A stretch of 63,926 bases of DNA, the filler included, from Choristocarpus tenellus KU-1152 (taxonomy: Eukaryota > Protista > Phaeophyceae), in NCBI GenBank assembly GCA_964200185.2. It is 12 parts of 12 records of this genome, joined end to end, with 100 filler letters (N's around TTAATTAATTAA, not from the genome) between each part and the next. Parts side by side here need not be neighbours in the genome. Positions count along the whole stretch, not along the records: positions 10,389 to 28,973 come from CAXNAD020000535.1; 11 more parts are not named here. One strand, 5' to 3'. Under the pieces are notes generated by a model. The model ran no database searches. It was given only the letters and a program-made list of their open reading frames with translations, and had not been told where the DNA came from. Within the stretch, counting starts at the first letter, position 1. The number at the start of each line of letters is the position of its first letter. Made by a program: the position numbers and the translations under genes. Positions 12,956 to 26,037 of the stretch are shown here, in pieces.

Positions 12956-15161
12956 TTAGAAGTAAGAATCATCGAAGTAGTCCACCAGTGTGTCTGGGGG
13001 AAGGTCAAGGGGAAGTGCCACTGCATATCCAAAGTATGCATCCGGTTTCTTCTTTGATTCTTTCAGCATTTGCTTGAAGTGATCCACTCTGGAATCAGGG
13101 CATTGGGGAAGGGGTAATGTTCTGTTGATTGATTGATTAATTGATTCAGTTGTTTAGATGAGTTTGAGGCATGACACCAAGATGGTCAACACATTTTGCA
13201 GGTTGTCATGTAGGAAGAAGCAACACACAGTCAAATAAAATACAAAAAGAGAGACAGAAAGAATGATATATATATGCAAGTCAAATAAAAGAAAGGCACA
13301 AGTGTAGCAAGTTAATGCAGAAAATAAAGATTGAAATACAGAAAAAAAGAAAAGGTTGAATACAGCAATGTCACATAGAAGGCATGAAGCATGATCAATA
13401 TTGAGGCAAAAAAGGAGCAACACAGGCCCTATAGCTAGGAAAGGTGACATGGTGAATAACATGTCTTATTTCTTCCTCCACAATAGACGCAAGACCACTC
13501 CAATTGGAACCTCATGCAAGGGGGAACACAGACTACAAAATGCAAGGCAACCTTAGCCCTTGCAGAGTCTGCCAGTGGTACCTTCTTGTTAGCCAAGGTT
13601 GAAATCCGGAATCATTACAAATCAGGTGGGAATTTACACTTGGAAGTGAAGACGGCGAGATCAGACCACCATAAGAACCCCATTAAAGGCACCAAACTTG
13701 AGTACAACACCTCAGTTGTAGGGCACAAGCATTGCACATCATAGGTTGAAGAACATGCCGCTACAAGATTGTACAGTCTGCTGTCCACAAGCCGCTAGAT
13801 TGGTAAATGTGTGTGTGAATACATTAGATACTTAATTGATCTTAGACTACTCCCCCCTCCTAGCCAGAGGTCCAGGCGGCACTACTGGGTGATAAGCTTC
13901 ACATCTTCACTTTGCTGGCCCCCTTGGCTTAGGTCAGACGAACACACACCTGTCCCACTTTTTTAGAAGTTGGGCCAGGGCCTCCAAGTGCTCCAAGTAA
14001 TCTTGCTTGCGCATGTTGAAGCTTCGTTGTCCCAGGTACCTGCATGTCAACACACACTTCACAAATGAGGTGTGACTATCCTAACTTGCACTTTACTTCA
14101 CAAACGGAAGATATTGGTGTGGGATTTCATTCAGTACGTAGCATGTCACTGTCTTGCTACAACCAGATGAGTGACAAATACTGCGAAAAAAACTGTTTTC
14201 TCGGTGCACTTACTTCCACATGACGTTGTAACATAGCACTGGTTTCCCTGCAAAGACGGTCTTGTTGATCTGGACATCATCTGTCATGGAAGGTGGAAAG
14301 GCGAGATGAACAACAATTAATGCTCTGACATCAACGCAATGAAGTTCTTTCTTGAGTACGAGTACCCGCCTTTACGAGAAAGGCTTTGCGGAACATGCTG
14401 GCTTATATGAGTTATAACACTCACAGGGAACACCCCACTTTTCCACAATAAGGTCGTACAAGTCGTACCCTGTGAAGTCCTGTTTCTTCTTGTCGGCATC
14501 TGACCTTCATTTGACCACGACGAAAGGTTAATTGTTGGTGCATACATGAATTAAATGTGCAATAGATATGGACTCTGGCAAATCATATAACCTTTAGACT
14601 CTGTTTCGCATTGGTAGATATCAGTCCCTCTAACAGATAGCGAGTCGACGTGTAAGACAAGGGCAGAAGGCACAAGACCTGCTCTGTTTTATTAAACTGC
14701 TTCGGAAAGCTTCCAGATCTTGCTCCGGTTCGTCCAAGAGTTGGTCAACCTCAGTGAATGCCTCATACCCACCACCTAATTTTTCCCAACCGCCAAATAC
14801 TCCCTCCAGTCCCTTGCGAAACGACTCAAATGGATCATTGGACTTGGGCTTGGCAGTCAGCCTCACTCTCTGTGTGATCACCACGGAAGGATGGGGTGGT
14901 GGGGATAAACGGAGCATTATGAGAAAGCTAGGGCGAAAGAAAGTGTGTGTGTGTGTGAGAGAGAGAGTGTGTGTGTGTGCAGTTGGCGGGACTTGAAATC
15001 TCCTTAGGCCGTACATGTAATCGAAGGGGGTGAAGTGAGTTATAGAAAGACCCTTGGCAGAAATGTCCTGTCTGCAGGGGACCAGAGAATGCAGCGATCA
15101 CTGGTAGCAGGGCCCCTACAAGAGTTGCCACCAGGGCGATGACCCGGCTCATCAGGAGCAT
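12956..15161 (-). CDS. DUF3067-family protein with signal peptide + plastid transit peptide (complete, 6 exons, 235 aa)
   Basis: Exons 15161-15015, 14869-14679, 14504-14425, 14280-14214, 14039-13950 and 13088-12956; all GT-AG, total 708 nt in frame. The protein contains FTGYDLYDLIVEKWGVPYDVQI...NVMWKYLGQRSF...DYLEHLEALAQLLKKW...AVALPLDL, the cyanobacterial/plastid DUF3067 signature. The N-terminus MLLMSRVIALVATLVGALLPVIAA|FSGP fits an ASAFAP-like cleavage motif. Confidence 0.88.
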
Positions 15162-15322
15162 CTAGGTTCTAAGGGATTAGCGTATGTGTTGAATAGAGTC
15201 AGTGCCTCGATGAAGGTTGGGTCAACGTGGCAGGATCTCTAAAACGATGGTTGGCCTTGGTTCGCCTTGATTTTGCATTCTTCTTCTCGAGTCAATACAG
15301 TTGTAGTGAGAGTGTCCTTCCC
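15162..15322. promoter_or_regulatory. Putative bidirectional promoter region between DUF3067 gene and SLY1
   Basis: Only 161 bp separate the two divergent ATGs (15161 on -, 15323 on +). Confidence 0.6.
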
Positions 15323-18300
15323 ATGGCCGCTCCAGTGGCCTTGACTGGGGGCTTCGGACCTCCTCCCATTTCGCTGAAGAACAGGCAAAGGCAGGCAGTC
15401 CTCAAGCTGCTGAATTTTAATGTGTCTGGCGACGATGGTAATCTCATTTTTTGTCCCTGAAACTTTCCCTCGACTTGCAATCTGGGAATGAACATTTGTT
15501 ATGTTTGACAGAACCGTGATGCAAGTTGCAGTTTGACATTGAACAGTGTTGCCTTTGCCGGGCTCTGGTAAGAATCTGCCGACATCTCCAAGCAGCGTCG
15601 TAGAAGCCTCCATGAGGCCTCCATTATCTGCCATGGTGGCAAATGGAACTTAGACAGTTCACTGTGAACCCTAGATGCAAGCACTCTCCCCCCCTCCCTT
15701 CCCTCTCCCCAATACTGCCGTATTCTGGAACACACTACCAACCACTAGGAAAAGGGGCTGTAGTTGGCGAGTGGTCTGACCAGTGGAAGGTGCTGGTGTA
15801 CGACAAGGCATGTCGAGACGTGATATCTACTCTCCTTAATGTTACCCAGCTTCGGAAGCAAGGTGTAACGCTTCATATGCTGGTGAGTCGATCGAGCTGG
15901 CTCTGCAGTAGAGCATTGTATAGAAGCCGACCATGACCTGAGCTGAGTACCGTGTACCGAATGCAGTAAGCCAGGAGTCCGCCGTGTAAACCTCTCCTCC
16001 TCTTGTCTAGGGAAACTGGAAAAGGACCCTAAACCCTCAGCATTAACCTTCTCCTCACATGCGACCATCTGATGATCTCCACATATGCAATGTTCAGCTG
16101 GAGACGGAGCGTGAGGCTATTCCCGATGTCCCCGCAGTTTACTTTTGCCAGCCTACTGCCGAGAACGTCCAACAAATCGCGGTAGATGCAGGGCGGAGGC
16201 TTTACAGGTAGCACTTCTTTGTAGAAGTCAGCACGTTAACCAAAAGTCATGTTGCACCTGTTGGATACGCTGGAGCATGCCAGAGTGCTGGTTCACCAGC
16301 CAGTGAGGCTTGGCTTGAATGAGCGGTTGTGTTATTTGCATGTGGGAAGTGATGAAACTTCAAATTTGTGACGTTTTTGGGTCTTTGGGGTATCGTAGAT
16401 ATTTTGTAGTCCCAACCACCACCAACTAATTTTCTCTAATGATCATAATGTGGAAGATATCTCAGTCAGGTACTCATGCAGGTTACTAAAGATGTATCCT
16501 TCTGTGAATTTTTGTTACGACCCCCAATAAAGCAGAAGGAGTGCTGCGCTCACTGGTGTCCACAACAAGTATCCCCTGACACTGGCAACCTATTACTCTT
16601 GTACACACCTTGCAGCAACATGCACCTGAACTTCTCAAGCAAGTTAGAGAGGTCACTGATGGAGATGCTTGCCCGCGAGACACTGGGGACCAGTAGTGTG
16701 GACATGGTGTCGAAGATTTTTGACCAGCAACTAGACTTTGTTACATTGGAGCACAGACTATTTAGCCTTAATCGGCATGGGTCCTATATCCTGTACAATG
16801 ACCCCACAATTCCGGATGAACAGGTACAAAGCAAGATGGAACCATACAACCATAATTTGTCTCATTGTATTTTTTTTTTCACCTTGTGCCATTAGTAGTG
16901 TTCAGACAGTTGTGCACTTGATAATGCCATGCCTCAAATTCCTTGTGTGTTTCCCCCCTTGATTGCATTCCCTCTGATTTTTTAGACATTATGTTTTCTT
17001 CACTATTCCACACCTTCATTACTTGTTTTGAAGGTGAAAAATGCAATCCAGAGTTTTGCAAGTGGGCTATTTGGTGTTCTTTCAACCCTGGGAGGCGTAC
17101 CAATCATCAGGGCACCCGTCGGCGGTTCTGCACAGATGGTGGCTGAGCACCTTAACAAGGTGTGTATTCCATGATAACAGATAATTTTGTAGTATAATAT
17201 CGGCAATGATAAGTGTATGGTGTCATGCATGGTATAGACATTGTTTAGATCTGATGGCACACTTTGAATAGCAATGGTGAAGGCATATCACTATCACTAT
17301 CATTGGAGTGATGTCATGCAACATAGTAATGCAAATCACATTTCAGGTTGATTTGTGCAGTTCTTGTTAATACTTGTCAGGTAGCATTTTTGATGGGGTC
17401 CTGAGCTATTGTCCCCCCCCACTCGAACAGTCATCAACAACGATATGTTTATCAAGTAATTGCTAAGACCTGGTCCTCATGGGAAAAGAGTTACAGTGAT
17501 CATAGATTATTCAATAATCAAGTAGCCAATTTGGAGGGGTTTGTTAATGAAAAGGGACCTTAGTCACTAGTCAATTCTTTGCTGTACTCCTGTTAATTAT
17601 TTTTACTATGAGGATGAACAAGTGACTAATAAGGACGCTCCTCATTTATAAAAATCCTTTTATTTGGAAATCGCTTGGTCATGCCGTCTATGATCCCCTC
17701 AAATATATCCTTTCTAGGACTCAAGCTAATTATTTGGTGTGCCCAAAGAAGACACATTCTGTGCTCTAATATAGAGCGCTAGATGTGATGGTTTTTTAGT
17801 GTGGATTTTGAATCACCCACTTAACACCACCACTCAAACTCCCCTGCAGCTACTTGGTGACCATTTGATGGGGTCAGGGACAGGATTCAATACAGGACCT
17901 GGTGGTGGTATATATCAGCGACCTCTGGTGGTGGTGATGGACCGCAGCATGGATCTTGTTACTGCCCTCCGCCACAACAGGTAAGTTGGTTAATTCTTAC
18001 TGGTGAGTTGGTTCATTCTTAGTGGTAGGTTGGTTGTTTCTTTGTGGTAGGTTGCTTCATTCTTATTGGTAAGTTGGTTATTTCTTACTGATGAGTTGGT
18101 TGCATGGCTGAGCATATATATGTTGATAGGCATGGCTGAGCATATATATGTTGATAGGCATGGCTGTTTGCATTTTGAGTACTTGGCATCTTTGAATATG
18201 TATTTATTATTATTTTAAGAATCTTGGGTTGTTTTAGTCTTTCAGTGACTACAGCAGTTGTTGCTACTCTGGAGAAGTTACTGGTGTAAATATGAGTGTG

Positions 18301-21300
18301 GTAAGCCTACTACCCTATTGCAGGTACCACCACGAACAACGCACTCGTTTGGCATGACAATCTCCAGCGTGTGAAGCTCTTCTATCTCTCATCGCAATAG
18401 CATTACTTTAAACAAATGGAAGTAGTATGTTCAATGTTTTGATTTTGTGGTCAAAACAGATTTGTTGCCTGAAAAGACACTGTTTTTATGTATTGTGCAA
18501 GAGGAAATAAATCAATAAATAAATCAATAAATAAATCAATAAATAAATATACCGTCTTCTCTTCACTACCTGGGGCTGCCAACCACATTCTGAGAAGGAT
18601 TTCGGTTCATACTTCGGTGCTTTACTTTGGCATGTCTCCTGAAGTTGCAGACTGCTGTTCTACCTTACCCTCTGCCTTACCTTCTGTTTTACCCTGCCAT
18701 CACAAAACCCTCTGCAGCACATATCAGGCCCTCTTGGATGATGTGGTTGACCACCGTGTAAACCGTGTAACTGTAGAGATGGATGGAAGAGAGGGACAGC
18801 CCAAGCGAAAGAAGACCTACGATGTAGATTCGGAGAATGTGAGGAAACCAGTTATATCCTGCCCAAGATGTAGCTACAGGCAATGGTCACGGTGGTGATC
18901 TAGCAACCATGGTGTTGATAAGTTAGTCTGTAGATTGTGCTGCATGAAGCTGCTGCCTCGTTGAGCTGTTGATATAACTCCTTCCTACTGTATAACTGTG
19001 AAGTGTGAAACTGTGAATAACTGTGAAACTGTATAGGACTCCTTCTACCGCCGGTTCAAGGGGTCACCATTCCCAGAAGCAATTGAGGCAAATGGATCGG
19101 AATTGGCAACAGTCACTCAGAAGGTACCGCTATCTTCAAATGACATGAAATGGCATGGCATGCTGTGTAGTGGCAGGCTTGAGTTAGACCCCTTGAATGG
19201 GCGTTGTTGTGTCGGTGTGTGTTTAAGGATTGTTTCCAGCTTTTGGGTAGTTTGAGGGTCCCTCTGGTGTTTTGTTGCACTTGAGTAGAGTAGGTGTGAC
19301 TTGGCAATATTTTTGTGGAATAATGTTGGTAATTATTTTTGTTTTTGTTTTTGACCTATTATCAGGAAGAAGAGATCAGACGGAGAACATCTGCAGCAGG
19401 AATAAATGCTGACATTGCATCAACTGGTGGAGTTACAGCTGGAGGTATGACTAATATCTCTGCAGATGGGGCCACTCAAGAGCTGGCAGCAGCTGTGGAG
19501 TCGCTGCCCAAACTGCTGGAGCAAAAGAAGGGCTTGGAGATGCATACTAACATACTCAAGGTGTACACACTAGGGTATTGTATCTACAAAGCAGAGCTTG
19601 GTACCCACCTTACAATTTCCCTACTTAACACTTTTACAAAGTGCTTTGGTCATTGTTTGGTAGCACTCCTGTGTGCATTGTGTGATGTTCCAGGACTTTT
19701 TTTTTTGTTCTTGAAATTGTGTCGTTTGATGTGTTGGGACAAGCTCACGTGGCAAGGACAACAAGGTGAAGCAAAGACGGTTGTGTCCTTTGTTCTTGGG
19801 GCATTACACCCTCTCCTTTTCATTCGATGCCGGTTAACCAAATCTCAACGAGTAGTGCGGTAGGTGTTGATGCGCTACTTGTGACTTCTGTTGGAGTAGT
19901 TCACTTTTGCTTGTTGCCTCACCTAGTTCCAACTTCAACTTCAACTGTTGCTGATGCTGATGCTATGAGGGTACAGGCAATAATGGATGTTGTTGCTGCA
20001 CGGGACGTACCTGTGTACTTTGAAGCAGAGGAGGAAATGGTGTCTACTTCCATCAAGGTGTGTTTTCCTTGTCGGTGCCATGAGGCACTCTTCTTTTACC
20101 ACTCTTTTACCTGCCTACTGGCTGGTGGTGCTCTTCGTTGATGAGCAGGTCTCTTCCCCCCTCTCCCTCTCCCTTGGATTCTGACATTGTGTTGCTTGCA
20201 TGTTCCATGCTCGGAATGTGGTTAGTGTTCAGTATCATGATTATGGTGTCAGTAGGTAGTCAACTATACTGTGTACTATTGAGTACAGTATTCTGTTTTG
20301 AAGCTATGGCTCACGTACTGGGGATGGCCTCTTGTAACCAATGTGCTGCGGGATTGATGTCGGCCCACAACGGCATCTTGTTTTTATTTTGGTGTTGTAG
20401 TACTGGTTTACAACGACTAACAAACTGAACTTCTGGCCAACAATGACTCAACGTGCTTGTCAGTATCTCCGTCTAAGTCTTGGCCATGGTGTACTGTGCT
20501 GTGACTGTGGCTGTATCCTCAGCACAAATATTGGTCTCCCGGTGTGCAAGCTTTGTTGAAAAGGCTAACTAACTTGTATGTGACACTGTAAAACTGTAGT
20601 CCTTTTAGTCCTCACCGCTGATTGTTATTGTACACACTGTTCCAAGAGAGTTGGAGTTGCCTTGAGCATCTGGGTATCGCTTGTCACCTAGCACAATAAA
20701 AGGGCCTGTTTTGATCATAGAGAGTTATATGAATGGGTGATCGTTCTATTTGAGTGCCTGTCTAGTGTGCCTGAAGTTGCCACCCTTCTGCATTATGAAG
20801 TATCATTATATGTATGATTGAGCTCTGTTGGCATTTTTTGGGGGTTGTACTCAATAAATTGAAGCTGTTTAATCGGGTCAATTCACTGCAGGTTCCACTG
20901 AGAGTTGGTGCACTACCATTAGGACAATGCTGTACATAGACACTGTAGTGCCATTAGTGTATCGTGCTGCACATTTCAACTCTAGTAAGTAAATGTAGCA
21001 GATCCCTACTGCGTGTGTACTGTCCTAGTAGGTTCAGTTCCTCTACATGAACGCTCTTTCCAACACGCTCAAAGAGTCATGACCACCATAACCTTGATTT
21101 TGTGCAGAACAAGACCCGGGTGACTGATCTGCTGGGTAGTAACAAGGGGTCGCTTGAGGACAAGTTGCGAGTGCTAGGGGTCTACTGCTTAGCGGCACGA
21201 CCAACATCTTCTGAGGTTGCAGAGCTTGAAGCCTTACTTCGGGAGTCTATTGGTGATGGTGGGAGAATGGAGGACGTGGAAAGGGGCCTGGCAGCCATCG

Positions 21301-23884
21301 GGTACCTCCGGCGCCAGGTGAGCTCTGTGTATATAAAACGTGTATTGTGATGACAAGGTTCTTGTTCAGTGAATGGTGATGTTTTATCTGATTCGCCTCT
21401 GTTACAGTTATTCGATCCACTGACAAGTAAGTCCATACACCATCCAAACTAGTTGTATTAAATGTTGTGATCCTACTCTGCCCATCTTGGATAGGTGTCA
21501 CTCCAGCATCTCCCTATGATGCAGGCGGGTGATGCACAAGGTGACCCACCACGCTCTGGTCCCAATAAAATGCTTCAGGGGCTCCTGGCCAAGGCACACA
21601 CACAGGCTACTGGTTTGCTCTCCAAGGTTTGCTGTCTTGCTTTGAAGCACTACATTATAGCTCTACTGGGGAGGTGTACAGGATGGTGGCATGGCCAACT
21701 ACTTCTGATATATGCCTGTCAAATATATTCTAGAATCTCCCCTCTTTCCCATCACAGGGGAAACTATTTTTGTGGCGCAGTTATTGTCTCGTCAGATTAG
21801 CAGGTTACGGTTAGGGATAGTAGGTTACTATGCTGAACTCTTCCCTTGAAAGGTGATCCTCAAGTGGTATGGCATTTAGTGTTGTGTTATAATCCTGTGT
21901 TTCTTTTTGCTGCACCCACACTTAGAAGTGATCAGCTCACAGGGCTCTTCCGCTGATTTGGTTATAGTGTTTAGTTAGGATTTGTATTGTTCAACAGGTG
22001 TGCTTTGCAGCTACTGACTTGAGGTGAATGGTCCGTCTCTGCATTGGTGATACAGGCGGCTGCAACTGCTGGTCAGCTTCTTTCAAGAGGAAACAACACA
22101 TACATCACCAGGGTCGTGGAGAGGTACATTTTATGGTTGAAAATATATTATGTATTGACTTGCTCCACATATCTGCTTGTTTCTGTCTTAGTATTTCAAG
22201 CACTATTATAGTGGACTGCGAATACAACAAGTGTACCTTGCCTTCAGCTTGTGCTAGCTTGTCAAAGATCAACATTAGGCAAAACACTCCCTTCCTGGCA
22301 TCTTCAGCAGTCCTTGGTGGTGGTGTGTATTTGATCAGATAATATATACATTGCTATCTGTTGCTTGATCTTTTCACTCTTGTGTTTCAAAATCGATTGC
22401 CCTTGCCTATGAGGAACAGAAGAGCATAATGTCCATCCTTCTCCTCCACATAATGCAATACCTGTACCCCTTGCGTATGTGTCTCTAACTGATGACCTGT
22501 CTTCTGAATAAATGTAACAGTGTCTGGCAATTTGTTATGTGAAGGAAGTTGCCAAAACAAGGCCTTATGCTCATGACTTCTTCTTTTTGCTTTGTTGATT
22601 TATCAGCCTGTTGGATCATGGTGAAGAAGATGAAACATACCTGTACCTCGATCCCAAGCTTAGGGAGAGGGTGGTGGATCCAGCAGCTGCAAGGGCAAGG
22701 GGACCCCCCAGGGACGTGATTGTGTTCATGGTAGGAGGTGGATGTTACTCCGAGTATCAAAACTTGCAGGTGAGAGTAAAGTGCATTGGTAGACATCCAG
22801 TTGAGGTTGGCTTAGTGTTGGTACGAGCATGGTGTGATGGAATGCGCCAACTCTTTTGTGATTTACTTTTTCTTACTCCATACAGTTGTACCTGCAAGAA
22901 TAGAAAAGCCCGGTGCAGTTCTTGCCTCAACTGCATGTGTATGTGAAACCAAATATTACAGGATGGTGCCAGTCAAGATTATTCTTCTAGGCTGATGTTG
23001 TCTGTGTAGTTGATCTACCTTCCCCTTGAATGGTGGGTTGATTCAGTGTTTTCACATTTTCTGGATTCTCATGCCATTTTGACTCACTCCTTGTCATCTA
23101 TGTGGAACTTAAGTTGGCTTAAGGGACCCTAGTTCTTTGAAGTATGTACTCAGTGCTTTGTATAGTGAGGCTGTATATGCTGCCCCATTTTTGTGTGCAT
23201 GCAATATACAAGTATATGGAAGATAATCTTTACTTACAGCTAGTAGTTGGTAATGATAAGTGCATGCAGGGCATCTTTCGTTTTGGAGAAGACCCTGTGG
23301 CTCCTAAAGTGCTCTAGTTGTGGATTTTGTTGCTATAAAATCAAGGCTCTTGGGTTGTGTATGAAAGAAGGGGTTAACATTCCTCAACAATACTGTGTGA
23401 GGTAGTTGTTGAACAATTCATGGTTAAGAGGATAAGGAAACGAGCATGGAAGTATGCATACATACATACATACATAGTAATATTAGTTGAAATTTGATGT
23501 GTGTGGGGGGCGCTTGCATTGTTGGATTTATTTATTTTTTTGAAAATTGTGCAGACAGAGGAATCATGCAGTTGTTTTACCACCAAAAATCATAATACCA
23601 ATATTTTACCAAGTAACCATATTCAAAGGTGTATGAAAGAAATATGGGGTTGTTCATATACCAAGCATGATTCTATTCTACTCCATCAAGTGTTTTTTGC
23701 AACAATGCTATTCTGGTCCTTTTGTGTTCACCATGAATGTTCACCATGACTCTTGCAGGACTTTGCCCAGCGGCGATCCCAGAGTGTACCTGTTAGTGTC
23801 ACCTATGGAAGCACAGAGCTCTTGAATGCAGAGGCATTCTTGAGGCAACTTATGGCTCTTGGTGTTAAGTCTCAAGGAAAATAG
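15323..23884 (+). CDS. SLY1: Sec1/Munc18-family protein Sly1 (SCFD1), ER-Golgi vesicle fusion (complete, 15 exons, 668 aa)
   Basis: Exons 15323-15437, 15749-15882, 16098-16207, 16616-16823, 17034-17159, 17850-17980, 18718-18838, 19037-19123, 19366-19560, 19977-20057, 21108-21317, 21495-21626, 22056-22123, 22607-22769 and 23759-23884; all GT-AG, 2007 nt in frame. Motifs: QWKVLVYDK..RDVIS..LNV.QLRKQGVTLH, IPDVPAVYF.QPT.EN, RPLVVVMDRSMDL, TYQALLDDV, SLPKLLEQKK.LEMHTNI, YLYLDPK, VIVFMVGGGCYSEYQNL, YGSTELLNAEAFL. Confidence 0.97.
17981..18101 (+). repeat. 22-bp minisatellite (about 5.5 copies) starting at the SLY1 intron 6 donor
   Basis: Units at 17981, 18003, 18025, 18047, 18069 and 18091; consensus GTRRGTTGGTTNATTCTTANTG. 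Confidence 0.9.
18102..18166. repeat. 28-bp tandem duplication
   Basis: gcatggctgagcatatatatgttgatag x2 plus a partial third copy, directly after the 22-bp array. Confidence 0.85.
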
Positions 23885-25991
23885 AAACAACGAGGCTGTG
23901 TGTATTTCGGGAGCGAGGACCCCCTCTCCCTTGAGCTTGGTGGAAAATATGAGGGGCTCCTAGAGAACCTGCTGCACAACTTCAAACTACTAAGGTTCTT
24001 TGTGACAACTCACAAAGTACAAGTTCCAATTTCACTGTAGTTCTTCTGTGCGATGGGATGTTAGGACTAGGGTTAGTTATACTAAATAATAGCATAGTAC
24101 TGACATATTCTTCTCTGCTTCAAGGAATCAACCATATGTCAAGAACTCACTAATATTGGATGATACGCAAGATGCAGTCAGGTCAAGGTTGGGGTGGGTT
24201 TGCTCCATTCTTGCCTTTGAGTGTAGCTTCGAACCCTCAATTCACTGGACTATCTAACACTGCTGCATGGGGATACCACGGCAATCTGTAGATCAAGAAG
24301 TGCATTTATCACTTCATCAGTAGGTTTTGGTATCTACAATGTACACTGCAATATGTAGTACTGGTATGTGTATCTATATGGTTTCAAGTACTAAACTGCG
24401 CTTTCCAGTGCCCTATCTACTTCAAGCTTATGGGTAAGGAATGGACATGTGGTTGAGGTCTAAAGCCAGCCAAGAGGTGAACATGACTGAAACTTCTTTG
24501 TACTGTTATTTGGGATGAAATCTTCAATGGTCGTGCCCCACTCACTTCTGGATGGACCAGCCCAGGAGTCTACTGAGAAATAATGTCTAGCAAACTGGTA
24601 CACAAGTACTCATAGTAGTTGTTGATTGCCTCAATGAATCGATCGAGGGGGACCCTTCCTCTCCAATCTTCTGTGTGCTCAGTGACACTTATCAAGTCAT
24701 CATGTCCTTCCCACAATCCGATGTCCATTGGATGTCCAAGTCTGTTTTCTAGCTGATAATGCTGGACCCATCATGGTGCCACAGACTCCCTTCCATTATG
24801 CCAGTGGACAGGGATTATCTGTTTTACTGCTCTGCTGATGATTAGTATCTGTTACTTATAATATCCATTTGTTGTGACCCCCCCCCCCCCTGGATAGGCA
24901 AAGAGTGACACACAGGTGGTGCATCCACTAGTACCAGTCGTTTAGTGTGTATGCACCTAGATCACACATTTACCACTCTACATGGTATGTCAACGTGACT
25001 TACCATTGCAATATGTTTAACTATACTGTAATTGATTCCTGAAATTAACAGATATTCTTTGGCATAAATACTCTATGTCCAAGCATGTGTTGACTCAGCA
25101 CAGCATTATTGAATACACCAAGGGACAGCACATCTCATCACAGTATTCAAACTGCCCCCGATGTGAGTAAGCTTTGGAGCTTTCTTGCACCATTTTAGTT
25201 GGTGGTAGAACTCCCACCCCCTTGCTCGAGCTGCCCAGTTGCCAGAATCAATCAATCAATATATAATCCATATTAGTTTTGTGAAGACTACTGAAATTTT
25301 GGGGATGCTGTCGCGGGGGGTATGAAACAATAATAAGCAACATCCAAGGCAGAAAATTCAACAAGACACCAAAACAAGCAAAACAACAGTCTGTATTGGT
25401 TGAATACCAACATATCAGTGCTAACATCGAAGTGGTGTTGTGCACTGTGTATTACACACATGATACATGATGCTTCAAACACAACCACATGCGGCTCACT
25501 AGTGCACTATACATTGGGAATGCCTGAACAACTATCACAACAATTGTGGATATGTCTATGATATTCATGACGCAGCTCAACTTCGATCTTTCCGTACAGC
25601 TCACAGAGTACACTAAATACATCCAAAGTAGTGGACTCTCTCAGACATGGACAACCTTCGCTAAAGGCATCATAGTATGCCTGCTGCTCCTGGACTTCAT
25701 CCAGGCCCAAACCATCTTCTCCTCCCTCTTGCAAGTCCACACTAACAGGATGCAAGCGGATATGTGATAATTTAAGTCCAGCATGGCTACTTTGGATTGA
25801 CACCATTCGTTTTTGTTTTGAACAAGTAAATGCCTCCAACTTGAATGGAAAATCATGCACTAGCTTCGATTCTTTGGTTCTCTGAACAGCATACTTCACA
25901 TCAGAGTCAAAATATGCATACACAAACATACTTTGAGAGTGTAGGGTGTATGCACCACTTCTAGAGCTCTTACCGTGGTACCTCACAACTG

Positions 25992-25993
<2 letters not shown>

Positions 25994-26034
<41 letters not shown>
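25994..26034. repeat. (CA)n microsatellite
   Basis: About 20 perfect CA units. Confidence 0.95.

Positions 26035-26037
<3 letters not shown>

Noticed and set aside
17981-18166. 22-bp and 28-bp repeats as a CRISPR array
   Set aside because: Head-to-tail tandem units without spacers, inside a eukaryotic intron.
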